A stretch of DNA of 64,000 nt, from the NCBI RefSeq assembly GCF_009914755.1, contig NC_060930.1; one strand, given 5' to 3'. The notes under the pieces were generated by a model, which did no database searches, was not told the DNA's origin, and was given only the letters and a program-made list of their open reading frames with translations. Origin of the DNA: the human T2T-CHM13v2.0 reference genome, Homo sapiens. How positions within the stretch are numbered: position 1 is the stretch's first letter; the number at the start of each line of letters is the position of its first letter. This document shows positions 18,304 to 33,354 of the stretch, one piece after another. The position numbers were made by a program, and so were the translations under genes.

Positions 18304-18436
18304 AGGACTCTCTCCTTTATGTCTTTCTCATAGAGACTGTATTTGCTGGCAATGTAGTTGAGAACGGCTCTGGTCTGCACCAGCTTCATCCCATCAATCT
18401 CAACTATTGGCACTTGCTGGAACATCAAACTCCCAT
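18304..18436 (-). pseudogene. GSTA10P: Pseudogene exon 4
   Basis: 133 nt open, [44 protein letters not shown]; splice sites intact. Confidence 0.92.
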
Positions 18437-19426
18437 CTTTAGAAAGAAGGAAAAAAAGGAGAGTCAGATGTCTATGAATCCCAGTCTTTCAGCATGAAAA
18501 AATGTTTGCTGAAATGACTAAATTTATAAAATAGAAAAGAAATTATTGCCTGGTATAACCTCTCAAAGGAAATAGAAATTTGTTTTTAGCTTCCTTAGTC
18601 CTTCTTTTTCCTATCAAGCTTCCTCTTACCTTGTAGCCTCTTATTTCATTTATGTTTTTGTTCCTCATCCAGATACATAATAGGTCCCTTGTATTTTTTG
18701 TGTTGATATATCTTCATGGATATTTTAGGAAGAAGTTGGGAGAGGCTGCTGCAGGCCCACTAGCCACATGCCAATTAACATGGGAATATCTCAAAGTAAA
18801 TCTCATGGTGTGAAGACATTAAAGACAGTTCTGAGAAAAGTTTCTATGTAGGTCCTTTGTATAGTCTTCAATACCCCCACTGGACAGTGTGTGCAGGGTG
18901 GGTGCTGTGTTCCTCACTCTACTGCTGCTACCCTGGCTCATGTCCCTCCTCACCCTCTGACCTGGACTTCCAACCAATTCAACACTATCTCATTATCTAA
19001 GCCTACAGTTGCAAGAATATCACCTTGTCAAATTCATAAGAGAAATGAATTCAAGATGGACCTATTTCAACTCCTTCCCTCTGATGAATGTCCGCGCGTG
19101 TCCTTGGATGGGGAGGGCTGTATGGGATCCCGAACCAACCACAGCTTATTCACAGTGTTGAAAGAATGAAAGCAAGGAAAGGCCATTCTCAGGGTGCTGG
19201 GGATGGCTCCTCTAGCAAATACTCTAAGAGGTCTGGCCCTTTTAGCCTGGAGAGAGTTGACAGAACTGCTCAAGGAGCCCCACCCTTTCTACTTTAACCA
19301 CTTTTTTCCCTCTCCACCACCCCAACTACCACCCTTCGCACACATAGACACGGCCTGGTATTAAAACCTGCAAGTGTACCTTCTACTAGATACCTTCCTC
19401 AGAGACACGTAGAGACTCGATCTTAC

Positions 19427-19478
19427 CATTTCTTAACTTTTCCAAATCTTCTGCAGATTCTAGAAATTTCTCTTCAAA
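19427..19478 (-). pseudogene. GSTA10P: Pseudogene exon 3, acceptor mutated
   Basis: FEEKFLESAEDLEKLRN; acceptor reads tttgg| instead of ag|. Confidence 0.9.
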
Positions 19479-20264
19479 CCAAAAGCAGAATCAGTGAATG
19501 GGCTCCTGATAGGTCATTCCATAGCATTATAGACTTTTAACCTTGAATGGCTACTGTCTGATACATAATTTGGAGAATATAAGATTTCTGAGTTTGGCAG
19601 TGCACACAGAGGGGTCTGGTCATGGCCACTTGGAAATTTAGACTAGATTCATCAAGAGAAAAGCATGGATCACAGCACATAGCACTCAATCTTTTAGTTC
19701 ACTTCATCCACACCCTGATCTCTCCCATGTCCATGATTAGGTCATGATTTGGGAGGGGATGTCACTGGCGTTAAGGTATCAAGCAGTTCTTCTAGTTATG
19801 GTGTTGTCGTATCATAGGAAAGCATGTGTCTCCAGGTGAGATCAGACCGCAGCCTTTGTGTCCCTAGTGTGGGGTATGCAATGGGCTAATGACCAAAAAA
19901 GATTCTTCCACCGAGGAACCTCTGCTGTAATTTATATCACCCCACTTGTTAGGAGCCCTACTGTGCATGAGATAGGTCCTGCTATTGCACAGCTTTAACT
20001 CTTGCAACGATAATTTCCCCTCCTGGAGTAAATGGAACATGACAGAGTAGAATTCTCAATTTGAGGAAGGAATTAGGGTCCCCAGACTAATGTTATTTTT
20101 AATAAAAATCTGTGGTTTATGATATGGCTGTGTGGGTTTAATATCACTATTTTCAAGTCCTGGCTTCTTGATTTTGGACACATTGTTGAATCTCTCTGTG
20201 TCTCAGTATCCTAACCTGTGAAATGGATATACTTATGAAGCTTTTTTTAAAGATTGGTATGAAA

Positions 20265-20559
20265 GGCCGGGCGCAGTGGCTCACGCCTGTAATCCCAGCA
20301 CTTTGGTAGGCCGAGGCAGGCGGATCCTCTAAGGTCGGGAGTTCAAGACCAGCCTGTCCAACATGGAGAAACCCCATCTCTACTAAAAATACAAAAATTA
20401 GCCAGGTGTGGTGGCGCATGCCTGTAATCCCAGCTACTCAGGAAGCTGAGACAGGAGAATGGCTTGAACCTGGGAGGTGGAGGTTGCGGTGAGCCAAGAT
20501 TGCACCACTACACTCCAGCCTGGGAGACAGGGTGAGACTCTGCCTCAACAACAAAAAAA
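20265..20559 (+). mobile_element. AluSp
   Basis: ggtcgggagttc, aacatggagaaacccc; TSD aaagattggtatgaaa. Confidence 0.9.
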
Positions 20560-22768
20560 AAAGATTGGTATGAAAATTAAATTTCAAAGTCATGCAAAGC
20601 ACTTGGAAAAGTAGCAGGTATATAATAAATGCTCGTTAAATATATGTTTTGGGACTCTGAGAGATGGCTGCTATTTCATAGCATCCTTTTCAAAAAATTT
20701 AAATCAATCTAAAATCACTGAATGTATACTCTCTTGTTGACCTATATCCAGTAATTTAAACTTTGAAATAAATTACACCTTGTCCTGAGAGTAGTTGGAA
20801 TGGCAGCCAGCAAGGTTGTCTAAATCTGATCAGAAACTCTGAGTAGATGCAGGTATTTAATATAAATATGAAAATCAGTTATTACATAATGATGCAGTTG
20901 ACTTAATAGGCAGAATCTATAAAAATAAAAGTTAAAGCAGACTCTTACAAAGATTTTCAGGATTTCACTGTTAATATGATCTGGTTCCAATCTTGGCTCT
21001 GCCTCATAATAGCTGTGTGATCTGGGAATCATCACTTAACGTCTTTAAGCATTAGTTCCCTCATCTGCAAAATGGGCATAGAACATTTTCTTAACAGAAT
21101 GTTTTAATGTTTTCAAAATGCATCATACAGGGCCTGACCCACATAAATCAAGTAATAAACAGTAGCAGTGTTTGCAGTGGCTAAGTATACTTTAATAGAG
21201 TTCTTTATAGTCAAATGTCAGGAATTTGGGGGTTTCTAGCTTGCTCCATGGAACAGAGTTTGTTGTGGATCTATGATCACACAGGACCAGGATCTAGAGA
21301 TCATGGTTGGGGGGTGGGGGAGGCGGGGGCAGGAAGGGTGTGCCAGAAATTAATACTGTGTCCGGTTCAGGACAAACCTAAGGAACGGTGTGTGGTCCTG
21401 GCAGGAGGGTGACCGAGGTGGTGGGACTGGCAAGTGGGATGTGCTTGTGAGGCTGAGGACTTGGTTGTGATCATCAGCCTTAGGGCACTGAGACCCCAGA
21501 AGCCTGAGCAAGGTCTGCAGTCAGCCCTGCCCCCGCCTTCAGTCAGGCTGGATGGAGGCCAGGGAGCCTGGGTTCCTCCCAGCCTTGCCCCTCCCTCCCT
21601 CCTGCTGAACTCTTCCTACCCAGGCTCTGAACACATCCCTGAGCTGCAGAGCTGACGTCTGGGTGACAGTGAAACGGGGTATTCATTTGTACCAAAACAA
21701 ACAAACAAACAAACAAAACCTGGAATGACGGTGTGTGGATTTCTTGTGTGCTTATTCGTAGGATTGAGAAAGGGTGAGGCTAAGGTCCCGAGCCTTCGTG
21801 AAGCAATGGAGAAAGTGCCGTCCCAAGGCTCAGTTCCACACGGCGCTGTGAGGCTGAAGGGGCTCACTGGAAGTTCCCCTCACAGGACGCCACCTCACCT
21901 GAAACCCTCTTTTTCTGCTACCATCCAAGGGACAAGATCTCCTGAGTTGTCGAAGACTCACTCCGGAAGAAAACCCTCTCAGGCAGTTACTGAGGGACTG
22001 TGGTCTGGACTAGAACGTGTTTTTCTCAGTGACACCTCTAGAGGGCAGCACTCAACGGAGTCCCACAGACACCTCCCTGCATTTCCTCCTCAGACACTGG
22101 GTGGATGATATGGTAACACTGGGGAATGCTTGGGTGTTCTCCTGGAAGCTCCTTATTTTAATCACCTGTTTACTTGTCTCCATTCTTATAGATATGTAGG
22201 CTACCCGAGGGCAGAGACTGAGTCTGTCTTGTTCACTGTCTACCTCCAGAACCTCACACAGAATCTGGCACTTAGTAGGTGCACAACAAAATAATCATTG
22301 AATTAGTATACTGAGTCTTTAACAGGTGAGTACGCAGTTCCACTTTACATTCACTTTCTAATATTATGCCTTTTTATCCTCTTATTGTATAAATTTCTAA
22401 CATGTATAAAAATAACACAAAAGTATAATGACCTTTCTTGTATTCCTCATATAGAATCAATAATTACCAATATTAGGGAAAAGAGTGAAACGCTGTAAAA
22501 TATTTGAAGAGATTTATTCTGAGCCAAATGTGAGTGACCAATGGCCTGTGATACAGCCCTCAGGAGATTCTGGGAACGTGTGCTTAAGGTGGTTGGGATA
22601 TAGTTTAATTTTAGGGAGACATGAGACATCAATCAAATATATAGAGATGTACATTTGTTCAGTCCAGAAAGGCAGGACAACTGGAAGTGTGGACTTCCAG
22701 ATTTTGTGTAGATTATAAAATTTTCCAATTGGCAGTTGATTGAAAGAGTTATGATCTAAAGACCTGGG

Positions 22769-23784
22769 TGCAGGGAAAAGAAAGAGAGATCAGACTGTTA
22801 CTGTGTCTATGTAGAAAGGGAAGACATAAGAGACTCCATTTTGAAAAAGACCTGTACTTTAAACAATTGCTTGCTGAGATGTTGTTAATTTGTAGCTTTG
22901 CCCCAGACACTTTGACCCAACCTGGAGCTCACAAAAACATGTGTTGTATGAAATCAAGGTTTAAGGGATCCAGGGCTGTGCAGGATGTGCCTTGTTAACA
23001 AAATGTTTACAAGCAGTATAGTTGGTAAAAGTCATCGCCATTCTCTAGTCTCAATAAACCAGAGGCACAATGTACTGTGGAAAGCCGCAGGGACCTCTGC
23101 CCTTGAAAGCGGGGTATTGTCCAAGGTTTCTCCCCACGTGATAGTCTGAAATATGGCCTCGTGGGATGAGAAAGACCTGACCGTCCCCCAGCCCGACACC
23201 CGTAAAGGGTCTGTGCTGAGGTGGATCAGTAAAAGAGGAAAGCCTCTTGCAGTTGAGATAGAGGAAGGCCACTGTCTCCTGCCTGCCCCTGGGAACTGAA
23301 TGTCTCCGTATAAAACCCGATTGTACATTTGTTCAATTCTGAGATAGGAGAAAAACCGCCCTATGGTGGGAGGCAAGACATGTTTGCAGTAATGCTGCTT
23401 TGTTATTCTTTACTCCACTGAGATGTTTGGGTGGAGAGAAACATAAATCTGGCTTACGTGCACGTCCAGTCATAGTACCTTTCCTTGAACTTAATTATGA
23501 CATAGATTCTTTTGCTCACATGTTTTTTGCTGACCTTCTCCTTATTATCACCCTGCTCTCCTGCTACATTCCTTTTTTGCTGAAATAATGAAAATAATAA
23601 TCAATAAAAACTGAGGGAACTCAGAGGCCGGTGCCGGTGCAGGTCCTTGGTGTGCTGAGTGCCGGTCCCCTGGGCCCACTGTCGTTTCTCTATACTTTGT
23701 CTCTGTGTCTTATTTCTTTTCTCAGTCTCTCGTCCCACCCGACTAGAAATACCCACAGGTGTGGAGGAGCAGGCCACCCCTTCA
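22769..23784 (+). mobile_element. HERV-K(HML-2) solo LTR, LTR5A-like
   Basis: TG..CA termini, 1016 nt, perfect 6-bp TSD cctggg at 22763-22768 and 23785-23790. Confidence 0.9.
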
Positions 23785-23897
23785 CCTGGGATCAATAGAA
23801 AGGAATATCTGGGTTAGGGTAATAAGGGGGTGTGGAGACCAAAGTTTTATCATGCAGATGAAGCATCCAGGTAGCAGGCTTCAGAGAAAATAAATTG

Positions 23898-23945
23898 TAT
23901 TAGGTTGGTACAAAAGTAATTGTGGTTTTTGCCATTGAAAGTAAT
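23898..23945. mobile_element. Half MADE1 (Hsmar1-derived MITE)
   Basis: tattaggttggtacaaaagtaattgtggtttttgccattgaaag = one mariner TIR. Confidence 0.7.
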
Positions 23946-24659
23946 GTTTCTTATCAGACTTAGAGTCTGTTCTATCAGTAATTCCAAAAGAGAGGAGGGC
24001 ATGTCCAACTTCCCACTTCCCATCATGGCCTAAATTGGTTTTTCAGGTTAGCTTAGTAATGCCCTTGCTGAGAAGAGGGTCCATTCAGATGGTCGGGGCT
24101 GGGTAAGAGGCTTAGAATTTTATATTTGGTTTATACCAGCTAAAGCCAATGTGTTTTCATCTACATGCCCACCCACTTTCTTCTTGTAATAATGTGAGGA
24201 AATCCCAGATATCATATATTTTATTCTTAGATACCTCAATGTGTTTCCCTAAAACAGAAGAACGATTTTAAATATAGCCATAGTACATTATCACACATGA
24301 AACATTAACAATAATTTTTTCATGACATCAAATATTCAATCAATATGTATGCTTCTAACTGTTATACAAATGCCATAAATTATTTTTTAGAGTTTGTTTA
24401 AATCCAAGTTCAGTTAAAGTCCACACATTCTGATTAGTTTGTTTCTTAAATGTACCTTAATGTTTATGCCCTTAGATGAGAAGATATTTTAACAATTTAT
24501 TAGATCAAATTCATCATCTCTTTCTTAATAACTGCCAATTTTCTTTAAGGTACAACACTTGACAAGTCATTTAGTAAGAAACATCTCATAGTTTCTGAGG
24601 GAAAAGTATCTGGTAAGGTCAATTTTAGATCCAACTTAAGATGACCTCTCAGGACATAC

Positions 24660-24745
24660 CCGTACTCCAGATGCAGCTAGGAGCGACTGGATGGACTCCA
24701 TTCTGCCCTGTCCATTGTGGTAGTAGAGCTTGGGTTTCCCACCAT
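24660..24745 (-). pseudogene. GSTA10P: Pseudogene exon 2 coding part, frameshifted
   Basis: 86 nt instead of 87: ATG GT- GGG AAA CCC AAG CTC TAC TAC CAC AAT GGA CAG GGC AGA ATG... Confidence 0.9.
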
Positions 24746-25187
24746 GATAGCAGACTCCTGGAGTTTTCTCTAAGCATGAATGAAAGAATGAATGAATGAA
24801 CAAATAATTGAAGCCATAGAATCAAAAATGTTCATTAGGATGTATTGTTGAAAACCACCAACAATACTGAAGAAGAATCTGCCTTCTTCATGACTGGGTT
24901 GGAGGAGTTCCTGGAATGTTTTCTTGGCCCAAATTGTTATCCATCGGTGGCCACCCTCAGATTCTAGCAAACCAGTCTCACGTGCCCATTGGTTAAATGT
25001 AACCATTCTCGCCATGTTAAGAAGTGAGAGTTTGTGGTAATAATGCACATATGGAAGGTAGTGGGAAGAGGAAGAATTCAAGAACCAATATTTATTAAAA
25101 ACATCCTGGTGACACTTCCCCAATGCTAGTCCCTTTTAATATGTTATATCTTTAATCCTCCAAAGTCCCATGAAATGACTATTATTA

Positions 25188-25491
25188 TTATTATTTTATT
25201 TTTATTTATTTTTTTGAGATGGAGTCTCGCCCTGTCACCCAGGCTGTGGTAGCACAATCTCAGCTCACAGCAAGCTCTGCCTCCTGGGTTCAAGCCATTC
25301 TCCTGCCTCACCCTCCCAAGTAGCTGGGACTATAGGCGCCCGCCACCACGCCCAGCTAATTTTTTGTATTTTTAGTAGAGATGGGGTTTCACCATGTTAG
25401 CCAGGATGGTCTCAATCTCATGACCTACTGATCCGCCCGCCTCGGCCTCCCAAAGTGCTGAGATTACAGGCATGAGCCACTGTGCTCGGCC
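25188..25491 (-). mobile_element. AluY-like
   Basis: gttagccaggatggtctc; TSD gaaatg(a/c)ctattattat. Confidence 0.85.
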
Positions 25492-25748
25492 GAAATGCCT
25501 ATTATTATCTCCATTTTTTGGTTAATGAAATGGAACATCAGAGAAGTGAAATGCAATGTCCACAATCACACTCTAGGTGGTGATGAACATGAAAATCCAC
25601 ACCCAAGACTAAAATGAAGGCAGGCCTGGAACCCACCTAGGTGAAGGCCCTGGGAATCCAGTAAGTGACCAAGAAACCAGAGTATGTCATGACAGGGAGG
25701 ACCAGGAAGGAGCAGAGCCACTCTTCAGCTCTTTGGCTATTAGGCTAC

Positions 25749-26122
25749 TGATACGGTTTGGCTCTTTGTCCCCACCTAAATCTCATCTCGAATTGTAATC
25801 CCCATAATCCCCACATGTTGAGGGATGGACCTGGTGGGAGATGATTGGATCATGGAGGTGGTTTCCCCCATGCTGTTCTCCTGACAGTGAGTTCTCACGA
25901 GATCTGATGGTTTTATAAAGGACAGTTCCCCCTTCTCTCTCTTTCCCTCTGCTGCTGCCTTGTGAAGAAAATGCCTGCTTCCCCTTCACCTTCCACCATG
26001 ACTATAAGTTTCCTGAAACCTCCCCAGCCATATGGAACTGTGAGTCAGTTAAAATTCTTTCCTTTATAAATTACTCAGGCTCAGGGAAGTTCTTTATAGC
26101 AGTGTGAAAATGAACTAATACA
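25749..26122 (+). mobile_element. THE1/MST MaLR solo LTR
   Basis: tgatacggtttggct...actaataca; TSD (g/a)ctac. Confidence 0.85.
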
Positions 26123-26512
26123 ACTACGTTTGATCAAAGGGAGAAATAGGGCCTCAGACTTGTTTAACTAGCTACGAGATCCAAATTCTTTAAACAGATA
26201 GAGAATCATAATTTCTTGATTCTCTTGGAATTCTATTTTCTACCTCTGTAGGGTGCATTTTGTTTTATAACCTGGAAAAATAGATGCTGCATTAATTTTG
26301 CAGGGAACCGAAAGAGCTATCATTTGTTCAATGTCAGTCACACACTGATCATTCCTCCAAATTTATCTTCATTTTATTCTACAAAAATCACCTAAGTGAG
26401 TGCTGTTGTTAATCTCATTTTACAGTTGAGAATACTGAGATTTTTTGAGTAACTTGCCCATAGTAAGTGGTGGATCTGGGATTCAAACCCACTGCTATTC
26501 AAAACAAAGACT

Positions 26513-26901
<389 letters not shown>

Positions 26902-28547
26902 TTAAAAATAAGATATAAAAGAATAAAAAATACCAGAGAGCATGACATGCTGGAGAATAAGTAATGTTTCATGAGTTTTTAGTTTCAGTTATATGTGTGT
27001 TATGTGTATGGATGTTTGCATGGGTACACGCTCATTTGGCCATTGCAAATTGTTAGAGATAAATTGATTGGGGCTCATCAAGGAAATATGATAGCCTTTG
27101 CTCTATCCCAGCCTGCTTGGGAGGTGGAACGTAGCAGAGTATCAGAGAATGAAAACCAAGTCTACAAGGACAAACCATAAATAATTGTATCCTGAGTTTG
27201 AATGGAAACACACAAGACTCATTGAAAGCAGGCATTCCAGTGCCAGGATCTAGGAACAGTGGCATTTTCTCTCCAAACCCCCAGCTCTGTTATAAAATAT
27301 TAAGATTCTTCCTGCAAAATTTTGTAGTCGTCGAGGTTGGTATATTGGTACAAAAATATACTTGTCTTTACCAACAGATGTATTTCTAGAAAAGTATGTG
27401 ACTTGAATTTAGAAATCAAAATCTCTTAAATATCTACATTTTAAAATGTGGAACTCAATAGTCTAACTTTTAGAAAGTAAAGAATTCTTTGAACATACCT
27501 AATCAACTCATCTGTCTTGTAATTAGAGACTTTGCGCATTGCACTTTCCTCTCATTGGAAATGGAAATAGCATGATTCAGAAGGAAAGGGAGAGTGAACC
27601 TCACAGACAGTGGGTGTGCTTGTTTAATTGTTATCAACTAGAGTTCACAGAGTGATTCAAATCACACATTTGCACCCTTAGCCATTACTGAAGATCATGT
27701 TTCAAAGGGAAATGAATTGTTATCTTACATAGCATTTTATCATAATGCTCTCTCTTATAAGTAACATATCACCTTCACAATATGAGGTTTCCAAAGGCCA
27801 GACCAAGACTGGGACAAAGTTTACCACAGAGCTTTGCTGGGTTAAGAGAATTTGAGAACCAGAGAGCTCAAAGATTTGCCATGAGTCACACATACATGCT
27901 CGTCATTCATGGTCAATATCTAGGGAGTGTGTCTACCTTCTGCAACAACACTGGGAAATGGCTCCTAATAGCCTAATTAAAGATGGGCACACAGAGGTTC
28001 AGAGAGCTAAAGCGACTGGCCCATGCTGCACACTTGGTGAATGTTGGGTCAGCCTGAACTCCTTCTGATTGCAGGTCCAGAGATTTTCCACTCCACCCTA
28101 TAAGATGCCTCTGCTTCTGTCTGAGAAATCGTTTCATATTTTCCCATTCAGACTCCATTAGCCAGCTAAAGGTTTAAAGATGAGGGCAAGAGGCGAACAT
28201 CTGAATCTTGAGTTCCTTTCTGTTAGCAGCTTTTCAGGAGCTTGATTAGAAGAAAAAATTAATAAAAGTTTGCCTTTCTCTTATTTGATAACCTAAAAAC
28301 CTGAGTGAGTTGAGGACTAGTATATTTACCTCAATTAGAAAATGAGCTTGTATTGAAAGGAATATAACCTATGATAATCCCAGTAGTAAATTAAAAGAGT
28401 TAGGTCTCTGAGTGGTCCTAATTACACTGTTTCTTATCAGAGAGAAGGGAGACTGAGATAAATCACAACTCCTTCCATTATGAGGTTCATAAACTCAGGC
28501 TCTCTAAATTCTGAGCTCAATTTTCTCTTTTCAAAATAGGGATTGTT

Positions 28548-29275
<728 letters not shown>

Positions 29276-29387
29276 AATAATGTACATAAAATTCATAATA
29301 GGAACTGAGTAATGAGAGTGTCCTCCGACCCCCACTTCTTGGGATGTGGATGAGTCTCTCTGAACACATTGGGTAGTACATGGGTCT

Positions 29388-29423
<36 letters not shown>

Positions 29424-29556
29424 CCCATCAAGCTCTGGTAAAAATAAGATTTTATATATATCCAGATTTTTTTTTTCAGAGAAGTCATACAGTGGGTCTT
29501 TTCTATAAAGCTCCTGTGCAGAGGTTAATGATATTCACTAATCCAGTCAACCTGGG

Positions 29557-29920
29557 TGATATGGTTTGGCTGTATCTCCATCCAAATTTCATCTTGAATT
29601 GTAGCTCTTATAATTCCCACGTGTCACAGGAGGGACCCAGGGAGAGGTAATTGAATCATGAGGGTGGGTCTTTCCATGCTGTTCTTCTGATAGTGAGTAA
29701 GCCTCACGAGATCTGTAGGTTTTATAAAGGGGAGTTCCCCTGTACACACTCTCTTGCCTGCCACCATGTAAGAGGTCCCTTTGCTCTTCTGTCATCTTCT
29801 GCCATGATTGTGAGGCCTCCCCAGCCACGTGAAACTATGAGTCCATTAAACCTTTTTTACATTATAAGTTACTCAGTCTCAGGTATGTCTTTATTAGCAG
29901 CATGAGAACAGACTAATACA
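29557..29920 (+). mobile_element. THE1-family solo LTR
   Basis: tgatatggtttggctg...agactaataca; TSD ctgg(g/a). Confidence 0.88.
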
Positions 29921-30479
29921 CTGGATTAACAGGAAGTTTTCAGTGAAGGTTCAGGGAGGCCTGATCCATCGTTAACACAGTCTTGCTTAACTCCTAGACT
30001 GCAGCAGATCCCTGGTTCCCAGGTTGTTTTATAACCTCGAAAAAGAGATGATTTCTATCCCAGAAAAAGGCTCCCATACACTGCATCTTGTGGGCCTTTC
30101 TCCTGAGACCAGACCCAGCTACCACTCACCCCCTGCTCAGGGCAGTCTGAGCCTTTCCTATTGCCAGGCCCCCTTTGCATGAACTCCAGCCATGCATGTG
30201 GGAGCCCCACTGCCTCTCTCCAGCCATTCATAGCTCTTGGGCAGGGTCTCACTCTTAACACTTGATGAAAACAGTCACTTCTCTACACCATCCTGTTACT
30301 TACCTGAAAATGCAGACATTTTGCTGATCCTTCCTCAATTCCTTGTTTCTGGAGTGTTCGCCTCTTAAAAACAGTTTCGGTGTCTCAAGCAATGATGATG
30401 GCTTGTAGCAAAAAATATTTGGTATGTTTTGGTCCTCGCTCTAAAGGGTTTAAATCTAGTCAGAAAAATAGCCTTGTGG

Positions 30480-30830
30480 GGCCGGGTGTGGTGGCTCATG
30501 CCTCTAATCCCAGCACTTTCAGAGGCCGAGACAGGTGATCACTTGAGCCCAGGAGTTCGAGACCAGCCTGGGCAACATGGTGAAACCTCATCTCTACCAA
30601 AAATGCCAAAAAAAAAAAATTACCTGGCATGGTGGCATGTGCCTGTAGTCCCAGCTACTAGGGAGGGTGAAGTGGGAGAATCACTTGAATCCAGGAGGTG
30701 GAGATTAAAGTGAGCCTAGATCATGCCACTGTACCGCACCCTGGGTGACAGAGCAAGACTCTGTCACCAAAAAAAAAAAAAAAAGAAAGAAAGAAAGAAA
30801 AGAAAAGAAAAAAAAGAGAAAAGAAAAAAG
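30480..30830 (+). mobile_element. AluJ with long A/(AAAG)n tail
   Basis: cacttgagcccaggagttcgag; degenerate TSD aaaatagccttgtg / aaaacaggcttgtg. Confidence 0.85.
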
Positions 30831-31447
30831 AAAAACAGGCTTGTGGACAACTAACAGAGCAGAATGTGCTCAGCAGTGACTTCACTTTAATGGGTTCTTG
30901 GAAATTCCAACCCAAGAATCATAATTCTCTTAGCCAAGCAAATCAGAGCAAGGGGAGAAGGCTGCCAGACTCAGAAAAAGCTGAGGACCCTGTCTCTTCT
31001 GCCCAGGTGGGCTCCTTTTTTCCACAGTAGCATCTCAATCTGCAGGTTCAGTGGATTTTGTACTCCCAAATGTGTGCTTTCCTACCCTTCAAAGTAGGAT
31101 CGCTCATCTGTATTTAAACATTGCTCTCTGTAATCTCTTGCAACTCTCATTTCAGTATCTTCTCACATGGCTGCTATATTTCTTTCCTGTGAATTCTTTT
31201 ATAGCTTGCATAGCTCTCAGATCTGGATCCAAAAAGAGGATCTCACTGAAACTCCTGGTCTTCCTTTTATAACATCTCCCGCCCCTCAATATTAAACATT
31301 TATTCCAGGCCATCGTCGACTCTTATACTCTAATGACATCATACATTCTAGTCAGATGCTTCTTAAAAACTAGTTGTATGCTCGAATGACTGTGTAGTTC
31401 TCCTATCAGGACTTTTGACTTTTAACACTTTGAGAAGTCATGTAGTC

Positions 31448-31660
31448 AAGTGATTCTCAACCAGGAGAGATTTTACTCCCCTAACCCATTCAGCAATGTC
31501 TGCAGACATTTTTGGTTTTCACAGCTTAGGGGTACGTAGTGCTACAAGATCAGGTAGGTAGAGGCCAGTGATGCCTTGAAATGCCCTCTCATGAACAAGG
31601 CAGCCCCTGCACACAAATAATTCCCCAACCCAAGGGGTGCTAAGGGTGAGACACTTTTTC
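31448..31660. mobile_element. MER20-like hAT element
   Basis: gtgattctcaacc...caatgtctgcagacatttttggtt...gtagaggccagtgatgc. Confidence 0.65.
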
Positions 31661-32741
31661 TTAGCTATTTTCTAGGTTTGTCATGAGTTGGTTGAATCCC
31701 AGAGAGAGAATGTGACTTGTCATCCAGCTAATTAGTAGCAAAGACTAAATTAGATTCTAGTTTTCCTGACATTCAGAGACTAATTTATTCTAATAGGAAT
31801 AGTGCTGCTATACGTTTTAGTGGTCACAGAGATTTCTCCAATTTCTACTTTTGAGCTTGCTTGATGTGAAAATTAAATAATATAGAAAAAAATTACATAG
31901 AAAAATTAAATAATAGAATCACAACAATGGGTCAACCAATCCTGATTATCAGACTCAATTTTCTGCAGTTTAAGCAGAATTAATAAAGAAATGAGACTGT
32001 TCCACTAAGTGAAAAAGAAGGAGTAAGGAAGGAGGAATTTGGAAAGAGCAGGGTTTTCAGACAAATGTTCAATTGGGCAAAGGACAAGGATTAACAAATA
32101 ATCATTGAATCAGGAATGTAAAAATTTACAAGAAGGGCATTCTTGTTCTTAATTTTTTTATCATAAATCTAGGTCATCTTGCTTTATAAAACTAAAAGTT
32201 CTACAGACTTAGATTAACCTGCAAGTTCTACACAGTGGCTCACAAAAGATTTTGCCTGCCCTTTGGAGCATAACAACCTTAAAGTAATATTGAAAAGTCA
32301 GTGGCATCAACACTTGGCAACAAATCACAAAGCACTTCCTGAAGGAAGCACGAATGTGTGTGATATCTACCATCAAGCTGTAAATTAGAATTGTGTTTGC
32401 TAGGTATTGGTGGCTCTTTCCTCAGCAGGAGATGGAGGTTTGGAGAAACAACTGCAGACATGGAACTGTGCAGATATACGTCCCTTTCATTGGTCATCAG
32501 GAATCCCAAGTCTGTGATCTTGCCAAATTTTCATTCACAACAATTGTATATTGACTACTTGTCTAGAGAAAACAACTTTGGCACAAACACCTATGTTTCC
32601 TCTGGCACTGCTCGTATTCTCAGATTATCTAAAATGGCACCATCACTTTTTTTTTTTACCTTAGATCATTAACTTTTTTCCTATTATTATATATCATGCC
32701 CTAGTTTTATAAATTCTTCCTTTTTACATTTCTGTAATGAT

Positions 32742-33168
32742 TGTGAATGTTATCAGAAAAAAAATGAAGTTACTAATGTTGAGAAAACCTTGACAAACGG
32801 AGCTGGAAAACCATGAAGAGAAGGTTTTCATTCTTTTATGTCAGATAAGAAAAAAAGTTACAAAAAACATAAACTTGCACAAAGGTTATCACAACATTAT
32901 ACAAAAAACTTCTGCAAGGACATCTGACCAGCAACTGCCAGTTCATACTTGGCCTGACGTCACCCTTGTTATTGATGTTTGTAGTGAGTTATAAGTATTT
33001 TAAAAATTTATTTAATGCTTTTCATTTTTTTCTTAAAAAACCTTTGTCTTCCTTTATCTCCCTAAGCACATACGTGGTTTAATATGGTACACGCATACCC
33101 ATTACAAAACTTTATTCCCAAATAAATATCTTTTATTTTAGAGTCTCTTTCTGTTTATTGAGTTGACA
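32742..33168 (+). mobile_element. ERV1 solo LTR (MER65-like)
   Basis: TG..CA ends, AATAAA near 33121, TSD (t/c)gat; absent from the homologous GSTA3 intron 1 region. Confidence 0.6.
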
Positions 33169-33354
33169 CGATGTATCCAAAAGCAGCTGAATGCACAACT
33201 CAAACTGTCATCCAAGCACACAAAGAAGGCATTGATGTGAGTATTAAACAGATTTGTTTTTATTGTGTTAAGGATACATTTAAAAGTATTTTTCTAGTGA
33301 CCTAGATGAGAGGGTATGAGGCAGTATGAGAAGATTTACAAGATCACTGCTTAG

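Larger units (their letters stand above)
22471..24135 (-). mobile_element. MER4-family solo LTR, split by LTR5A and a MADE1 fragment
   Basis: ctgtaaaatatttgaagagatttattctgagccaaat ... cttagaattttatatttggttta; absent from the GSTA3 paralogue near 44735. Confidence 0.75.

Noticed and set aside
21725-22108. Similar plus-strand ORFs at 8689, 21725 and 44039 as a hidden antisense gene family
   Set aside because: The similarity reflects paralogous intron DNA; starts, ends and lengths are not conserved.
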